The notes beneath the pieces were generated by a model. It did not search any database and had not been told where the DNA came from. It worked only from the letters and a program-made list of their open reading frames with translations. 64,000 nucleotides of DNA from Bacteroidales bacterium (GTDB lineage: Bacteria > Bacteroidota > Bacteroidia > Bacteroidales > WCHB1-69), in NCBI GenBank assembly GCA_038210985.1, contig JBBQWB010000003.1:465-64464 (forward strand), written 5' to 3'. The translations under genes and the position numbers were made by a program. Positions within the stretch are counted from its first letter, which is position 1, and every line of letters starts with the position of its first letter. Positions 48,419-57,555 of the stretch are shown here, piece by piece.

Positions 48419-49234
48419 TTAAAACAAATAACTCACTCCTATTCCAACCGAAACACAATCCATCGGAATTGAAAATTTTGATTTCTTTTGAGGTTTTGAT
48501 AAATCGGGTAAACCTGGATTTCCGTGTTTGTAATCTTCCACATAATCTGTTAAAACTTCATGCGGTTTTATGGCATCATAAATATCTTTTCCGGCATTGT
48601 CGAAGGCGGCATTTAAGTGCTTTTTATTGGGTGTCCATGATGCATTTACAAATGACAATTCGGAATAAAGTTGCCATTTTGAATTTAAAACATATGCTAA
48701 ACCAAATTTTCCAGCAAAACCAAACTGACTTCCACCACTACTGGTATATCTTCGTAAATAGTCATCGTTAGAATTGGTTATTTTTTCGGTCATTTGGTTG
48801 CTAAAACCCACAAAAACACCAAGTCCTAAATAAGGATTCAGTTTTTTGAAATTTGGATTAATTACAAAATTTGGATTTATAAAACCGTTTTCGATTGAAT
48901 ATTCGGTGGATTGAGTGTAATTTATACCAGAGTCATAAATTTCGTTTTCAACCGTTTGTGTTGCTCCAAAATGATAACCTCCGTTAATTTCGAATGAAGC
49001 ATAGGGATTCAAACAATAACCAAGGGTAATTTGAGGTTTGAAACCAGAACCTAATTTGCACTTAACGGATTCGTATGAAATAGAAGTTGAGTTAGCTTCC
49101 GAAGCCCGAGTCATTGTCCAAGCGTTTGGAGTTTGAATAGAGTAGGATGAACCAAGTCGGAAATATGTTTTTTGAGAATATCCGTTAAGGCTCCACAAAA
49201 AAGACATAAATAATAATAATGTAATTTTTTTCAT
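48419..49234 (-). CDS. Outer-membrane beta-barrel protein (OmpA-like/porin family)
   Basis: Signal peptide, alternating beta strands, C-terminal GIGVSYLF beta-signal. Confidence 0.85.
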   Translation of the reverse strand: MKKITLLLFMSFLWSLNGYSQKTYFRLGSSYSIQTPNAWTMTRASEANSTSISYESVKCKLGSGFKPQITLGYCLNPYASFEINGGYHFGATQTVENEIYDSGINYTQSTEYSIENGFINPNFVINPNFKKLNPYLGLGVFVGFSNQMTEKITNSNDDYLRRYTSSGGSQFGFAGKFGLAYVLNSKWQLYSELSFVNASWTPNKKHLNAAFDNAGKDIYDAIKPHEVLTDYVEDYKHGNPGLPDLSKPQKKSKFSIPMDCVSVGIGVSYLF

Positions 49235-49249
49235 TTATTCTTTCCTTTC

Positions 49250-50077
49250 TTAAAAATTAAAACGAATTCCAAAATTCAACTTAAAACTACTCATGGGGAT
49301 ATTTATTTTTGCTGCTTTATTCGGACTTTCATCTACAATATCCGGAGATTTCCAGCTATCCGTAAATTCAGTTTTGGTATTTTTTTCGCTTAGAGTTGAT
49401 AGTATGTCGTTTCCCTGTGCATCTTTAAATTCTACAATTTCGGAATTTGTTGGCGAATAATTCATTTGCAACATTTCCAATTCTCCAAAAAATGAAATTT
49501 TTTCGGTTAATTCCTTTTTTATTCCCAAAGCTACATTAAAGCCCCAAGGCATTCCACCGCTAATTTCCGTTTTTTGAACTCCTAAATCGTCCTTGTTTTC
49601 TGCTAAAATTGTCATTTTTGGCGAAAAACCTATCCTTACACCTAAGCGTCCGTAAGGTGAAAATCCAGAATTTTGTGTAGCTAAAACAAACTGAGGATTT
49701 ACCCAAAACCAATCGCATTTTAGTCGGGTTTCGACGGGATATGTTTTTAAGGTTGATGGATTTAAAAAGGTGTTTTTGTTTACACGATTTTTTCCAAATT
49801 GATAACCCAATCCAATTTCGAAACCAATGTTTGAATTAAACATGTAACCTGCTGAAATGCTTGGACTTATTCCGTTTCCAAAATTTGAATTTTTGGAATG
49901 AACCTGAGTGCCAGTGGTGGACATTTCAATTTGATTAGATGCTTCGTTTGCCGAATATGTCCATGGCCATCCTAAGGCAAAACTCCCTTCAGCCTTGACA
50001 TACAAACCCTGTGCTTGGGAACTTGTCATACAAAAAAGCATGGATGCTAAAATAATTATGTTTTTTTTCATTTTCAT
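49250..50077 (-). CDS. Outer-membrane beta-barrel protein, paralog of 48419..49234
   Basis: Signal peptide, GYMFNSNIGFEIGLGY, PY.R.GV.IGF, IPM..F.LNFGIRFNF. Confidence 0.85.
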   Translation of the reverse strand: MKMKKNIIILASMLFCMTSSQAQGLYVKAEGSFALGWPWTYSANEASNQIEMSTTGTQVHSKNSNFGNGISPSISAGYMFNSNIGFEIGLGYQFGKNRVNKNTFLNPSTLKTYPVETRLKCDWFWVNPQFVLATQNSGFSPYGRLGVRIGFSPKMTILAENKDDLGVQKTEISGGMPWGFNVALGIKKELTEKISFFGELEMLQMNYSPTNSEIVEFKDAQGNDILSTLSEKNTKTEFTDSWKSPDIVDESPNKAAKINIPMSSFKLNFGIRFNF

Positions 50078-50128
50078 TTTTTTAAATATGAATATTATCT
50101 ATGCGAAACTTTTCAGTTTATAATTGAA

Positions 50129-50431
50129 TTAATCATAAAAATAATTTTCAATATTCCAGCTACAAACCGTTACTAATTCATCATCAAACCGTTCATGATT
50201 GTAACTTTTTAAATGCTGAATAATGGTTTGAACTTTTTCATCTTCTTTTATTTGCATAAAGATGGATGAATTATAACCGGGCCAAACTGGATTATTTAAT
50301 CGAGGTTCGCCCTTTTTATTTTTCACATTTACATGATCTAATATCTGATAGTCACGAACATGGCAACTTTCGAGAATTTCAATTATCGTTTCTAAAACAC
50401 TTACGTTGCAAGTACAATATATCATTTTCAT
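50129..50431 (-). CDS. PG0541-family transporter-associated protein (P-II-like)
   Basis: GEPRL...VWPGYNS motif; 100 aa immediately downstream of the RND gene, as in the Bacteroidales TolC-MFP-RND-PG0541 arrangement. Confidence 0.78.
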   Translation of the reverse strand: MKMIYCTCNVSVLETIIEILESCHVRDYQILDHVNVKNKKGEPRLNNPVWPGYNSSIFMQIKEDEKVQTIIQHLKSYNHERFDDELVTVCSWNIENYFYD

Positions 50432-50472
50432 GGGTTCAAATTTTGTTTAATAAATTCACTTATAATTTTGTT

Positions 50473-53400
50473 TTATTGATTTTTTTCAGATGTTTCTATG
50501 GTCAACTTCGATTCCTTTGCTTTCATTATTAATTTTTCCTCTTTTCGAGCTTTTGGATTAGTTACCACGTACAAAACAGGGATTAAGAACATGGTCATAA
50601 ATTTTGACACAATTAAACCACCAATAACCGTTATCCCAAGAGGAGCCCAAATTTCGGAACCCATTCCAGTGCTTAGTGCCATGGGAACCATTCCCATTAG
50701 TGCGGCTAATGCGGTCATTAAAACTGGGCGAAGCCTCAAACGACCAGCTTCGGTAGTTGCATCGGTGATACTGTGTCCACGTTTGCGTAGTAAATTGGTA
50801 TAATCCACCAAAATAATTCCCTGATTTACGTCAATACCAATCAACATAATTAAGCCTACAAACGTAACAACACTCAACGTAAGTCCGGTAATTGCAAAAA
50901 TCCAAATTACTCCAATTACGGTAAGTGGAACTGCCGACATAATGATTAATGGATCTTTAAACGATTCAAATTGAGAAGCCATAATCATATAAACCAAAAC
51001 AATAGCCACTATAAACATCATCCATAAACTACCAAATGACTCTTGTTGATCTTTTAATTGACCTCCAAAATCGACCGAAATATCGGAGGGAATATTCATT
51101 TCTCTGATTCGCTGTTTTGCCAGATTGTTTGCTTCGCCCAAAGAGATGTTGTTCAAATCGGCTTTTATATAAACGACACGCTGTTGACTTTCATGTTCAA
51201 TAATTAGGGAACCATAATTTTCGTTTATTTCAGCTACTTCACTTAATTTCACTTTTTGACCAGTTAGCGTCGTTAAAATAATATTTCCAATGCTTTCGGC
51301 ACTATTTCGATAAGCCGAGTCGTAACGAACTACAATGTCGTATTCATCTCCATCTTCTTTAAATTGCCCTGCATCGGTTCCAAATATACTTTCGCGCACT
51401 TGTATGCCAATTAATCCCGAATTTAATCCAAGATTGGAAGCTTTTTGACGATTTATTTTAATTTGAAGTTCGCGTTTTCCTCTGTCGATGGTCGATTCTA
51501 CATTACGCAGCCAGCTGATTCCACTAAATTCCTTCGTTATAATATCTGTAATTTGATTTATTTTATCTAAATTGCTTGAGGATAAGCTTATTTGAATTGG
51601 TTTTGAATTTCCCAAAAGTGCTGCCGACAATAAACTTCCACCCGAAACTTTGTATTTCTCAATTTCGGGAAGTTCCCCAATTTTTATGCTTAAAACTTCG
51701 GTAATTTCCCTTGATGATCGCTTGCGTTTTTCAGGCTCACACAAGCGAGCAATAATGGTTACGCAGTTTTTCCCTTCTTCAAAACCTACCGATGATAAAA
51801 CGCCACTTTCGGTTTGTCCAACCACCGAAAACGAGCTTGCTAGTTCCGGAACATTGTCTTTTATAATTTTTTCGACTGTTTTTGCCACTTCTGCAGTTGC
51901 CACAGTACTTGTTCCAACCGGAGTTTGTAAAGTGATTATTATATCCCCTGCATCAAATTCGGGAATATAATCGGTTCCAATATTTTTTCCAATAAATAAG
52001 GAAGAAACAAATAATACAACCGCCGCTATAATAATAAATGTCTTGTGTTTTAACGACCAAATCAACCAGTTTTTATAGCCGTTTTCGAGATTGATAAATT
52101 GACGTTCGGTCCAGTAAAATAATTTAGAATGTTTTCGATTCTTTTCTATGTTATGCGGACGTAACATTAAAGAAGCCATCATTGGAGTAAGCATCAACGA
52201 TACAATCAGCGAAGCTAAAAGAGTAATGGCGGTTAAAAGTGCCAATTGACGGAAAATGATTCCAACAATTCCACCCATAAAAACCAATGGAAGAAAAACT
52301 GCCATAATAGTAAACGTGGACGCAGAAATTGCCAAACCCATTTCGCCAGTTGCAAAAATGGAAGCTTGTTTTGGACTAATTCCTTTTTCAATGTGCCGCG
52401 TAATATTATCCAACACAATAATGGCATTATCGACCACCATCCCAATTGCGATTGCCAACGACATCAAGGAAAAGATATTAATGGAATAACCTGCAATACT
52501 CATAAAAATGAATGCAACTATCAACGAAAACGGAATGGATGCAATAACGATAAAACTACCTCTGGCATTTCTTAAAAAAACCAATACCACAATTATTACA
52601 AAAAGAGCAGCAAATAGTATCGTTTCGGTTAAATTTTTAATAGATGAACTTACTAAAACAGAACTATCTAACATTAATTGCAATTGAACATCGGGAGGTA
52701 ATTCTCCTTGAATCTTTAACATCTCTTTTTTCACATTTTCTGCTACTTCCAGAGTATTTGCTCCCGATTGCTTTTGGATTAGCAATCCTACTGCTTCTTT
52801 ATTATCGTATCTAATTCGTTCATCTTTTTCTTTAAATCCGTCGTTTATTGTTGCCACATCGCCCAGTCGAATCAACTTGCGGTTAAACATGATGAGTGGC
52901 ATATCTTCTACTTCTTGAATGGAAGTAAATTCTCCGGGAATTTTTACGGCATAATCGTTCACTCCAATATTAATATTACCACCCGGAATGGCAATATTGC
53001 TCATTTTTATCATCTGAGTAACCAAAGACATGGATAAATTGTACGCTTTTAATTTTTCGGGCTGAACCTCCACTTGAATTTGGCGTTTTGGATTTCCAAT
53101 TTGCATTACTGCACCTACACCTTCAATCTTTTTTATGCGATTAACAATCTGATCATCAATAATTTTATTTAATCCTTCGTAACTTTCCTTCGCATTTACA
53201 CCATAAATTAAAACTGGCATCATGGAGCTATTTATTCGCATAATAATAGGATTGCGAGCATCGGTAGGCAAGTGTCGTTTAGCCATTTCAATCATATCGC
53301 GAGCATTTGCCGAAGCATTGTTTAAATCGGCACTCCAATTAAATTGCAAGGTTATAAAAGATACGTTTTCTTTTGATTTGGAAGTAATTTTTTTCAAATC

Positions 53401-53625
53401 CTGTGTCCCCGAAAGCATTGATTCCAAAGGCTTGGTTACTTGTTGTTCCACCTCGTTTGCAGAGGCTCCTGGATAAACCGTAATAACCGTAAGTGTAGGC
53501 ATTTCTACATCTGGCAAAACATCGGTAGGAAGACTAAAAAAAGCTACTAATCCCATCAACAAAACTCCTATAAATAGCATTGCTGTAAAGACGGGACGCT
53601 TAACTCCAATTTCTGGTAATTTCAT
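50473..53625 (-). CDS. RND efflux permease (AcrB/HAE1 family)
   Basis: 1050 aa; VITVYPGASA.EVE, IPFSL, GMVVDNAIIV, RLRPVLMT, WAPLG..VIGGL. Confidence 0.96.
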   Translation of the reverse strand: MKLPEIGVKRPVFTAMLFIGVLLMGLVAFFSLPTDVLPDVEMPTLTVITVYPGASANEVEQQVTKPLESMLSGTQDLKKITSKSKENVSFITLQFNWSADLNNASANARDMIEMAKRHLPTDARNPIIMRINSSMMPVLIYGVNAKESYEGLNKIIDDQIVNRIKKIEGVGAVMQIGNPKRQIQVEVQPEKLKAYNLSMSLVTQMIKMSNIAIPGGNINIGVNDYAVKIPGEFTSIQEVEDMPLIMFNRKLIRLGDVATINDGFKEKDERIRYDNKEAVGLLIQKQSGANTLEVAENVKKEMLKIQGELPPDVQLQLMLDSSVLVSSSIKNLTETILFAALFVIIVVLVFLRNARGSFIVIASIPFSLIVAFIFMSIAGYSINIFSLMSLAIAIGMVVDNAIIVLDNITRHIEKGISPKQASIFATGEMGLAISASTFTIMAVFLPLVFMGGIVGIIFRQLALLTAITLLASLIVSLMLTPMMASLMLRPHNIEKNRKHSKLFYWTERQFINLENGYKNWLIWSLKHKTFIIIAAVVLFVSSLFIGKNIGTDYIPEFDAGDIIITLQTPVGTSTVATAEVAKTVEKIIKDNVPELASSFSVVGQTESGVLSSVGFEEGKNCVTIIARLCEPEKRKRSSREITEVLSIKIGELPEIEKYKVSGGSLLSAALLGNSKPIQISLSSSNLDKINQITDIITKEFSGISWLRNVESTIDRGKRELQIKINRQKASNLGLNSGLIGIQVRESIFGTDAGQFKEDGDEYDIVVRYDSAYRNSAESIGNIILTTLTGQKVKLSEVAEINENYGSLIIEHESQQRVVYIKADLNNISLGEANNLAKQRIREMNIPSDISVDFGGQLKDQQESFGSLWMMFIVAIVLVYMIMASQFESFKDPLIIMSAVPLTVIGVIWIFAITGLTLSVVTFVGLIMLIGIDVNQGIILVDYTNLLRKRGHSITDATTEAGRLRLRPVLMTALAALMGMVPMALSTGMGSEIWAPLGITVIGGLIVSKFMTMFLIPVLYVVTNPKARKEEKLIMKAKESKLTIETSEKNQ

Positions 53626-53644
53626 GTTTGGTTTCTCCTACTAA

Positions 53645-54685
53645 TTAATTATTTTTCACCGTAACTTTCGACCCATCGGTTAATTTATTTTTGCCATCGG
53701 TTACCACCTGATCGCCAACAGATATGCCTTCGACTACAATGTTTTCTCCAACTATTTGTTTTCGTTCAATTTTTATCATTTTTGCAATATTGTTTTTAAC
53801 TACAAAAACATAATCCGAACTGGCTCCAGGCATGCGATATAATGATTTTAAAGGAACTAAAATTCCATTTTCGGTTGCCAATTGAATGCTCACATGTGCA
53901 AACATTCCGGGTTTAAGCAACAACCCAGTATTTGGATTTTCAACTTCCACTTTCACGGTTCGTGATGTTGGCGAAAACTCCGACTTGATTTTTTTTATTT
54001 TTCCAACAAATTGTTTATCCGGATATGCATCCACCATAAATTGAACATCTTGACCAATTTTTACTTTTGCCAAATCCTTTTCTCCAACTTCAATTTCAAT
54101 TTTTATCGGATTAAGTTGAACCAAGCGAACAATGCCATTCTTAATCGACATATTGGCAACGTCAATAGTCGGGAAAATAGAAAAATTCTCTCCTTCGTTT
54201 AAAAAAACAGATACAATCGTTCCAGTAAAAGGAGCTCTGATTTCGGTATTTTTTTTCAGTAACTGAACTTTTGCCTCCGAAGCTTCAAATTTTGCTTTTA
54301 AATGGTCGTAATCCATATCGCTGATGCTTCCTTTGTCTTTTAATCTACTTACCCGCTCAAAATCTTTTTTCAAAGCCATGTTTTCGATTAATGCCTGAGT
54401 TAGCAATTCGCCCTGTAATTCGGCTATCAAATCGCCTTTTCGAACCGTTTGTCCTTCTTTGCAATACAGTTTTTCAACTCGACCAGGCAAAACCGGACTT
54501 AAATTGCTTTCCTGAAATGCCATTATGGAACCCGAATAATCTAAAACTGGTTTATATTCTGATTCTTCGGTTGTTACGGTTGATACCAAAATCGATTTCT
54601 CTTCTGATTTTTCTTCCATTTTTTTGTTGCTACATGCCGAACCAAGAATCAGCAAAACGAACATTATAGTTATATTTTTTTTCAT
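53645..54685 (-). CDS. RND periplasmic adaptor (MFP), lipoprotein
   Basis: LGSAC lipobox, IRAPF.G.I, L.PGMFA.V, G..VGDQVV.DG. Confidence 0.94.
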   Translation of the reverse strand: MKKNITIMFVLLILGSACSNKKMEEKSEEKSILVSTVTTEESEYKPVLDYSGSIMAFQESNLSPVLPGRVEKLYCKEGQTVRKGDLIAELQGELLTQALIENMALKKDFERVSRLKDKGSISDMDYDHLKAKFEASEAKVQLLKKNTEIRAPFTGTIVSVFLNEGENFSIFPTIDVANMSIKNGIVRLVQLNPIKIEIEVGEKDLAKVKIGQDVQFMVDAYPDKQFVGKIKKIKSEFSPTSRTVKVEVENPNTGLLLKPGMFAHVSIQLATENGILVPLKSLYRMPGASSDYVFVVKNNIAKMIKIERKQIVGENIVVEGISVGDQVVTDGKNKLTDGSKVTVKNN

Positions 54686-54746
54686 GTGATTGTATTTTTA
54701 TCTTTAAATATCCTTTTTTTATTATCGTTAATTGATTGCGATTTAA

Positions 54747-56234
54747 TTATTTATTTTCGTTTTGATGCGAGTTTCCAAGTACTTTTTGCAGATTTGTTTC
54801 CTGCATTCTGAATTCCAATCGGGAATCAATAAGCTCGTTGTATGCTTTTTGCCAAAGCAATTGAGCTTCTAAAACATCGGTGGTTTTTAACATGCCTTCG
54901 CTAAAAATGTCGTTGGTTTGTTTTAAGTTTTGCTCAGTTTGGTCGAAGGTGATTTTTGTCAATTGAATTTTGCGTTGAGCTTCATTATACAAATTCACCG
55001 CTTGTTGAACCTGCAAACCAATCATTTCCTGAGCCTCATCAAGTTTTATTTCTCCAATTTTTTGTCCATGTTTTGCAGCATTCATGGTGTGAAATCGGTC
55101 GCCCCAATGAAATAACGGAACTCGTGCAACTACGCCAACATTCCAATCGCCACCAAATTCGTTCACAAAACCCTTGTACGGATTTGGGTTAGCCATAGTA
55201 TAATTAGCTGCTAAGGCAATATCGGGCATAAAACGCGAGCGTGCTACATTAACTGCTTCGTTGGTAATTTTTATTGATTTTCTCAACATTTCTATTTCAG
55301 GTCGTTGAGAAATAGCTTTGTTCCTAAAATTTTCATCTATCAAAAGAGGAGTTTCCAAAATGGGAACATCTTCCACTTCAATATCCGTATCAATTGGTAA
55401 TCCTATTTGTTGACATAAAGCCATTTTCGATAATTTTAATCCATTTTGCGCTTTATAAAGCATTAAATCGGCTTCGCTTTGTTTAACTTTCGCTTTCAAA
55501 ACATCGTTGTTGGTTATTATTCCTTCATGATGTAGATTTGTTAAATCGTAAACTAGTTTATCTAAAAGATTTTTGTACTCTTGAGCTAATTTCACTTTTT
55601 CCTTTAAACTTGCAACTCGCCAATAAGCTTCGTCAACTTTATACAAAACATCCGAAGTTTCTAGTTTGTTATTCAAACAGGATATGTCCTCATTCAATTT
55701 TGCAGTGCGATATAAACTTTGCAATTTACCACCCAAAAAAAGTGGTTGAGTCATTCCCATATTGAGAACGTACAAGTTTTTTGAACCCATTTTCAATTGA
55801 TCTTTTGGCAAATATGCATAACTGTTAAAAAGAGGATTTCCATCTTCCATCACAATTGACTGACCTCCGATAGTAAATAAATCGGGTTTTAACGACATCG
55901 TTTCTGGATCGAATTTAAAAATAGGCAAATACTTATCCTCGCTTAAAACCTGAATTTGCTTATTGGTTCGCAAATACGAACCAGTAAAATCAAAACTTGG
56001 TAAAAATTGCGTGTAAGCCGATTTTCTCAAATCTGTTGCCAATGCAGATTGTTCTTGCGAAGACTTTAGTTTTTGATTATGAAGCAAAGCCATATCTCGA
56101 CATTGAATTAATGTAAGAGATTGAGCTTGTAAATCTGAGCTAATAATTTCCAAAATCAGGAAAAACACAACCAACTTAACATACTTAAGTTTCATCAAAA
56201 TCACTTTAAGGTAAATTCTTTTTTTAGTTTTCAT
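54747..56234 (-). CDS. TolC-family outer-membrane efflux protein
   Basis: LTL.QC..AL.HN, LPSFD, QP.F.GG, RPEI, duplicated helical-barrel repeat; the true start may be 56195. Confidence 0.93.
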   Translation of the reverse strand: MKTKKRIYLKVILMKLKYVKLVVFFLILEIISSDLQAQSLTLIQCRDMALLHNQKLKSSQEQSALATDLRKSAYTQFLPSFDFTGSYLRTNKQIQVLSEDKYLPIFKFDPETMSLKPDLFTIGGQSIVMEDGNPLFNSYAYLPKDQLKMGSKNLYVLNMGMTQPLFLGGKLQSLYRTAKLNEDISCLNNKLETSDVLYKVDEAYWRVASLKEKVKLAQEYKNLLDKLVYDLTNLHHEGIITNNDVLKAKVKQSEADLMLYKAQNGLKLSKMALCQQIGLPIDTDIEVEDVPILETPLLIDENFRNKAISQRPEIEMLRKSIKITNEAVNVARSRFMPDIALAANYTMANPNPYKGFVNEFGGDWNVGVVARVPLFHWGDRFHTMNAAKHGQKIGEIKLDEAQEMIGLQVQQAVNLYNEAQRKIQLTKITFDQTEQNLKQTNDIFSEGMLKTTDVLEAQLLWQKAYNELIDSRLEFRMQETNLQKVLGNSHQNENK

Positions 56235-56286
56235 GGATTAATCCTATTTAAAATCATAATTTTCAAAAATAATACTTAGTTTATTA

Positions 56287-56307
56287 GACCAAGATAGTCA
56301 GATGGTC
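56287..56307. promoter_or_regulatory. Putative TetR operator upstream of tolC
   Basis: GACCA-N11-TGGTC; same geometry as 56922-56942. Confidence 0.55.
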
Positions 56308-56327
56308 GATTTTAGGGTAAAAAAATT

Positions 56328-56912
56328 TTATCTCATGGATATTCCATAAAATAAAATATTAAGTAAAGCCTCAATTTGACTATCCACATCTTCGTGCAAT
56401 TCTTGCGATACAAAAAATGGATATTCAAGTCCTTTCATAGCAGTAACAATAGCTAGTGAAGCGATATCCGTATCGGGAATGGCAAAAAAACCACGTTCGA
56501 TTCCATCGTCAAGAATAGATTTAATAATATTTATTTCTTCTTTGTCAAAATTTTGGCGTGCATTCTCAATAAATGGCAAATGACTTAAATATTCATTTTT
56601 TATGGCATCATAAAGGTTTAATAAGTTTTTAAAGCCATTCATTCTAATGTTTATGTATGTTTTTAATTTATCTTTTGGGTCATTGCAATCAGCTATTGAA
56701 GCTAAAATTTGTCCTTTAAGAATGGATGCTTCTTGTTGTATAACGGCTTTAAAAACATCCTCTTTGCTATTAAAATAATAGTACAACGAGCTTTTGCCCT
56801 TGCGATTGGCATTTGCAATTTGATTCATTGATGTTTTTTGGAACCCATACTTCCCAAAAATATTTCGAGCAATCTGAATAATAGCTTCTCTGGTTTCCTC
56901 TTTTGTAATCAT
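56328..56912 (-). CDS. TetR/AcrR family regulator
   Basis: ARNIFGKYGFQKTSMNQIA...KSSLYYYFNSKED.F. Confidence 0.95.
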   Translation of the reverse strand: MITKEETREAIIQIARNIFGKYGFQKTSMNQIANANRKGKSSLYYYFNSKEDVFKAVIQQEASILKGQILASIADCNDPKDKLKTYINIRMNGFKNLLNLYDAIKNEYLSHLPFIENARQNFDKEEINIIKSILDDGIERGFFAIPDTDIASLAIVTAMKGLEYPFFVSQELHEDVDSQIEALLNILFYGISMR

Positions 56913-56921
56913 TTGATTTTC

Positions 56922-56949
56922 GACCGTTTTGTTTGAATGGTCAAAAGTA
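56922..56949 (-). promoter_or_regulatory. tetR promoter (-7 TACTTTTG, 56942-56949) with overlapping putative operator GACCG-N11-TGGTC
   Basis: tttcGACCGttttgtttgaaTGGTCaaaagta. Confidence 0.6.
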
Positions 56950-57160
56950 CTATCAATTTTTGGAATGTGTGTAATAAAAAATCGAAATAACTTTTTTTAA
57001 CAAACATTCGAGAATGGAAAAACATTAAACTATTGATAAAAAACAGAAATACAGATATTTATATATTGTAATTAAGATTTGAGCTACTGTATGTTTAACC
57101 GAGATTTAAAGATTAGTAAAGTTGTTTATCGTTAAATATAAAAAAATATTCAAATAAATT

Positions 57161-57202
57161 AGTACTATGTATTGCATGGTACTAAAATTATTATTAATTT
57201 TG
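57161..57202 (+). promoter_or_regulatory. padR promoter with 23-bp pseudo-palindromic putative operator
   Basis: AGTACTATGTA-T-TGCATGGTACT (9/11 symmetric) at 57161-57183; -7 box TAATTTTG at 57195-57202. Confidence 0.6.
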
Positions 57203-57206
57203 CAGA

Positions 57207-57536
57207 ATGAATGAAGAAAAAAACATTACACAGTTTCGCAAAGGAGTTTTAGAGTTCTGTATTTTGTCGGTTTTATCACAGCAGGATGCGTATGTGTCGG
57301 ATTTAATAGATGTGCTAAAAAAATCAAAGCTTATCGTTGTGGAAGGGACCATGTATCCACTTTTAATGCGATTAAAAAACGATGGATATTTGACCTATCG
57401 ATGGGAAGAATCGAAAACTGGACCTCCACGAAAATATTATCGCATTAGCGACGAAGGGAAAACCTATTTGTCGAAACTTGAAGAGGCTTGGCAGGAAATG
57501 GTTGAAACAGTGAACAAAATTAGAAATATAACGTAA
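57207..57536 (+). CDS. PadR family transcriptional regulator
   Basis: QFRKGVLEFCIL, VEGTMYPLL.RL, GPPRKYY. Confidence 0.95.
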   Translation: MNEEKNITQFRKGVLEFCILSVLSQQDAYVSDLIDVLKKSKLIVVEGTMYPLLMRLKNDGYLTYRWEESKTGPPRKYYRISDEGKTYLSKLEEAWQEMVETVNKIRNIT

Positions 57537-57555
57537 AACATAAAAAATAAATAAA

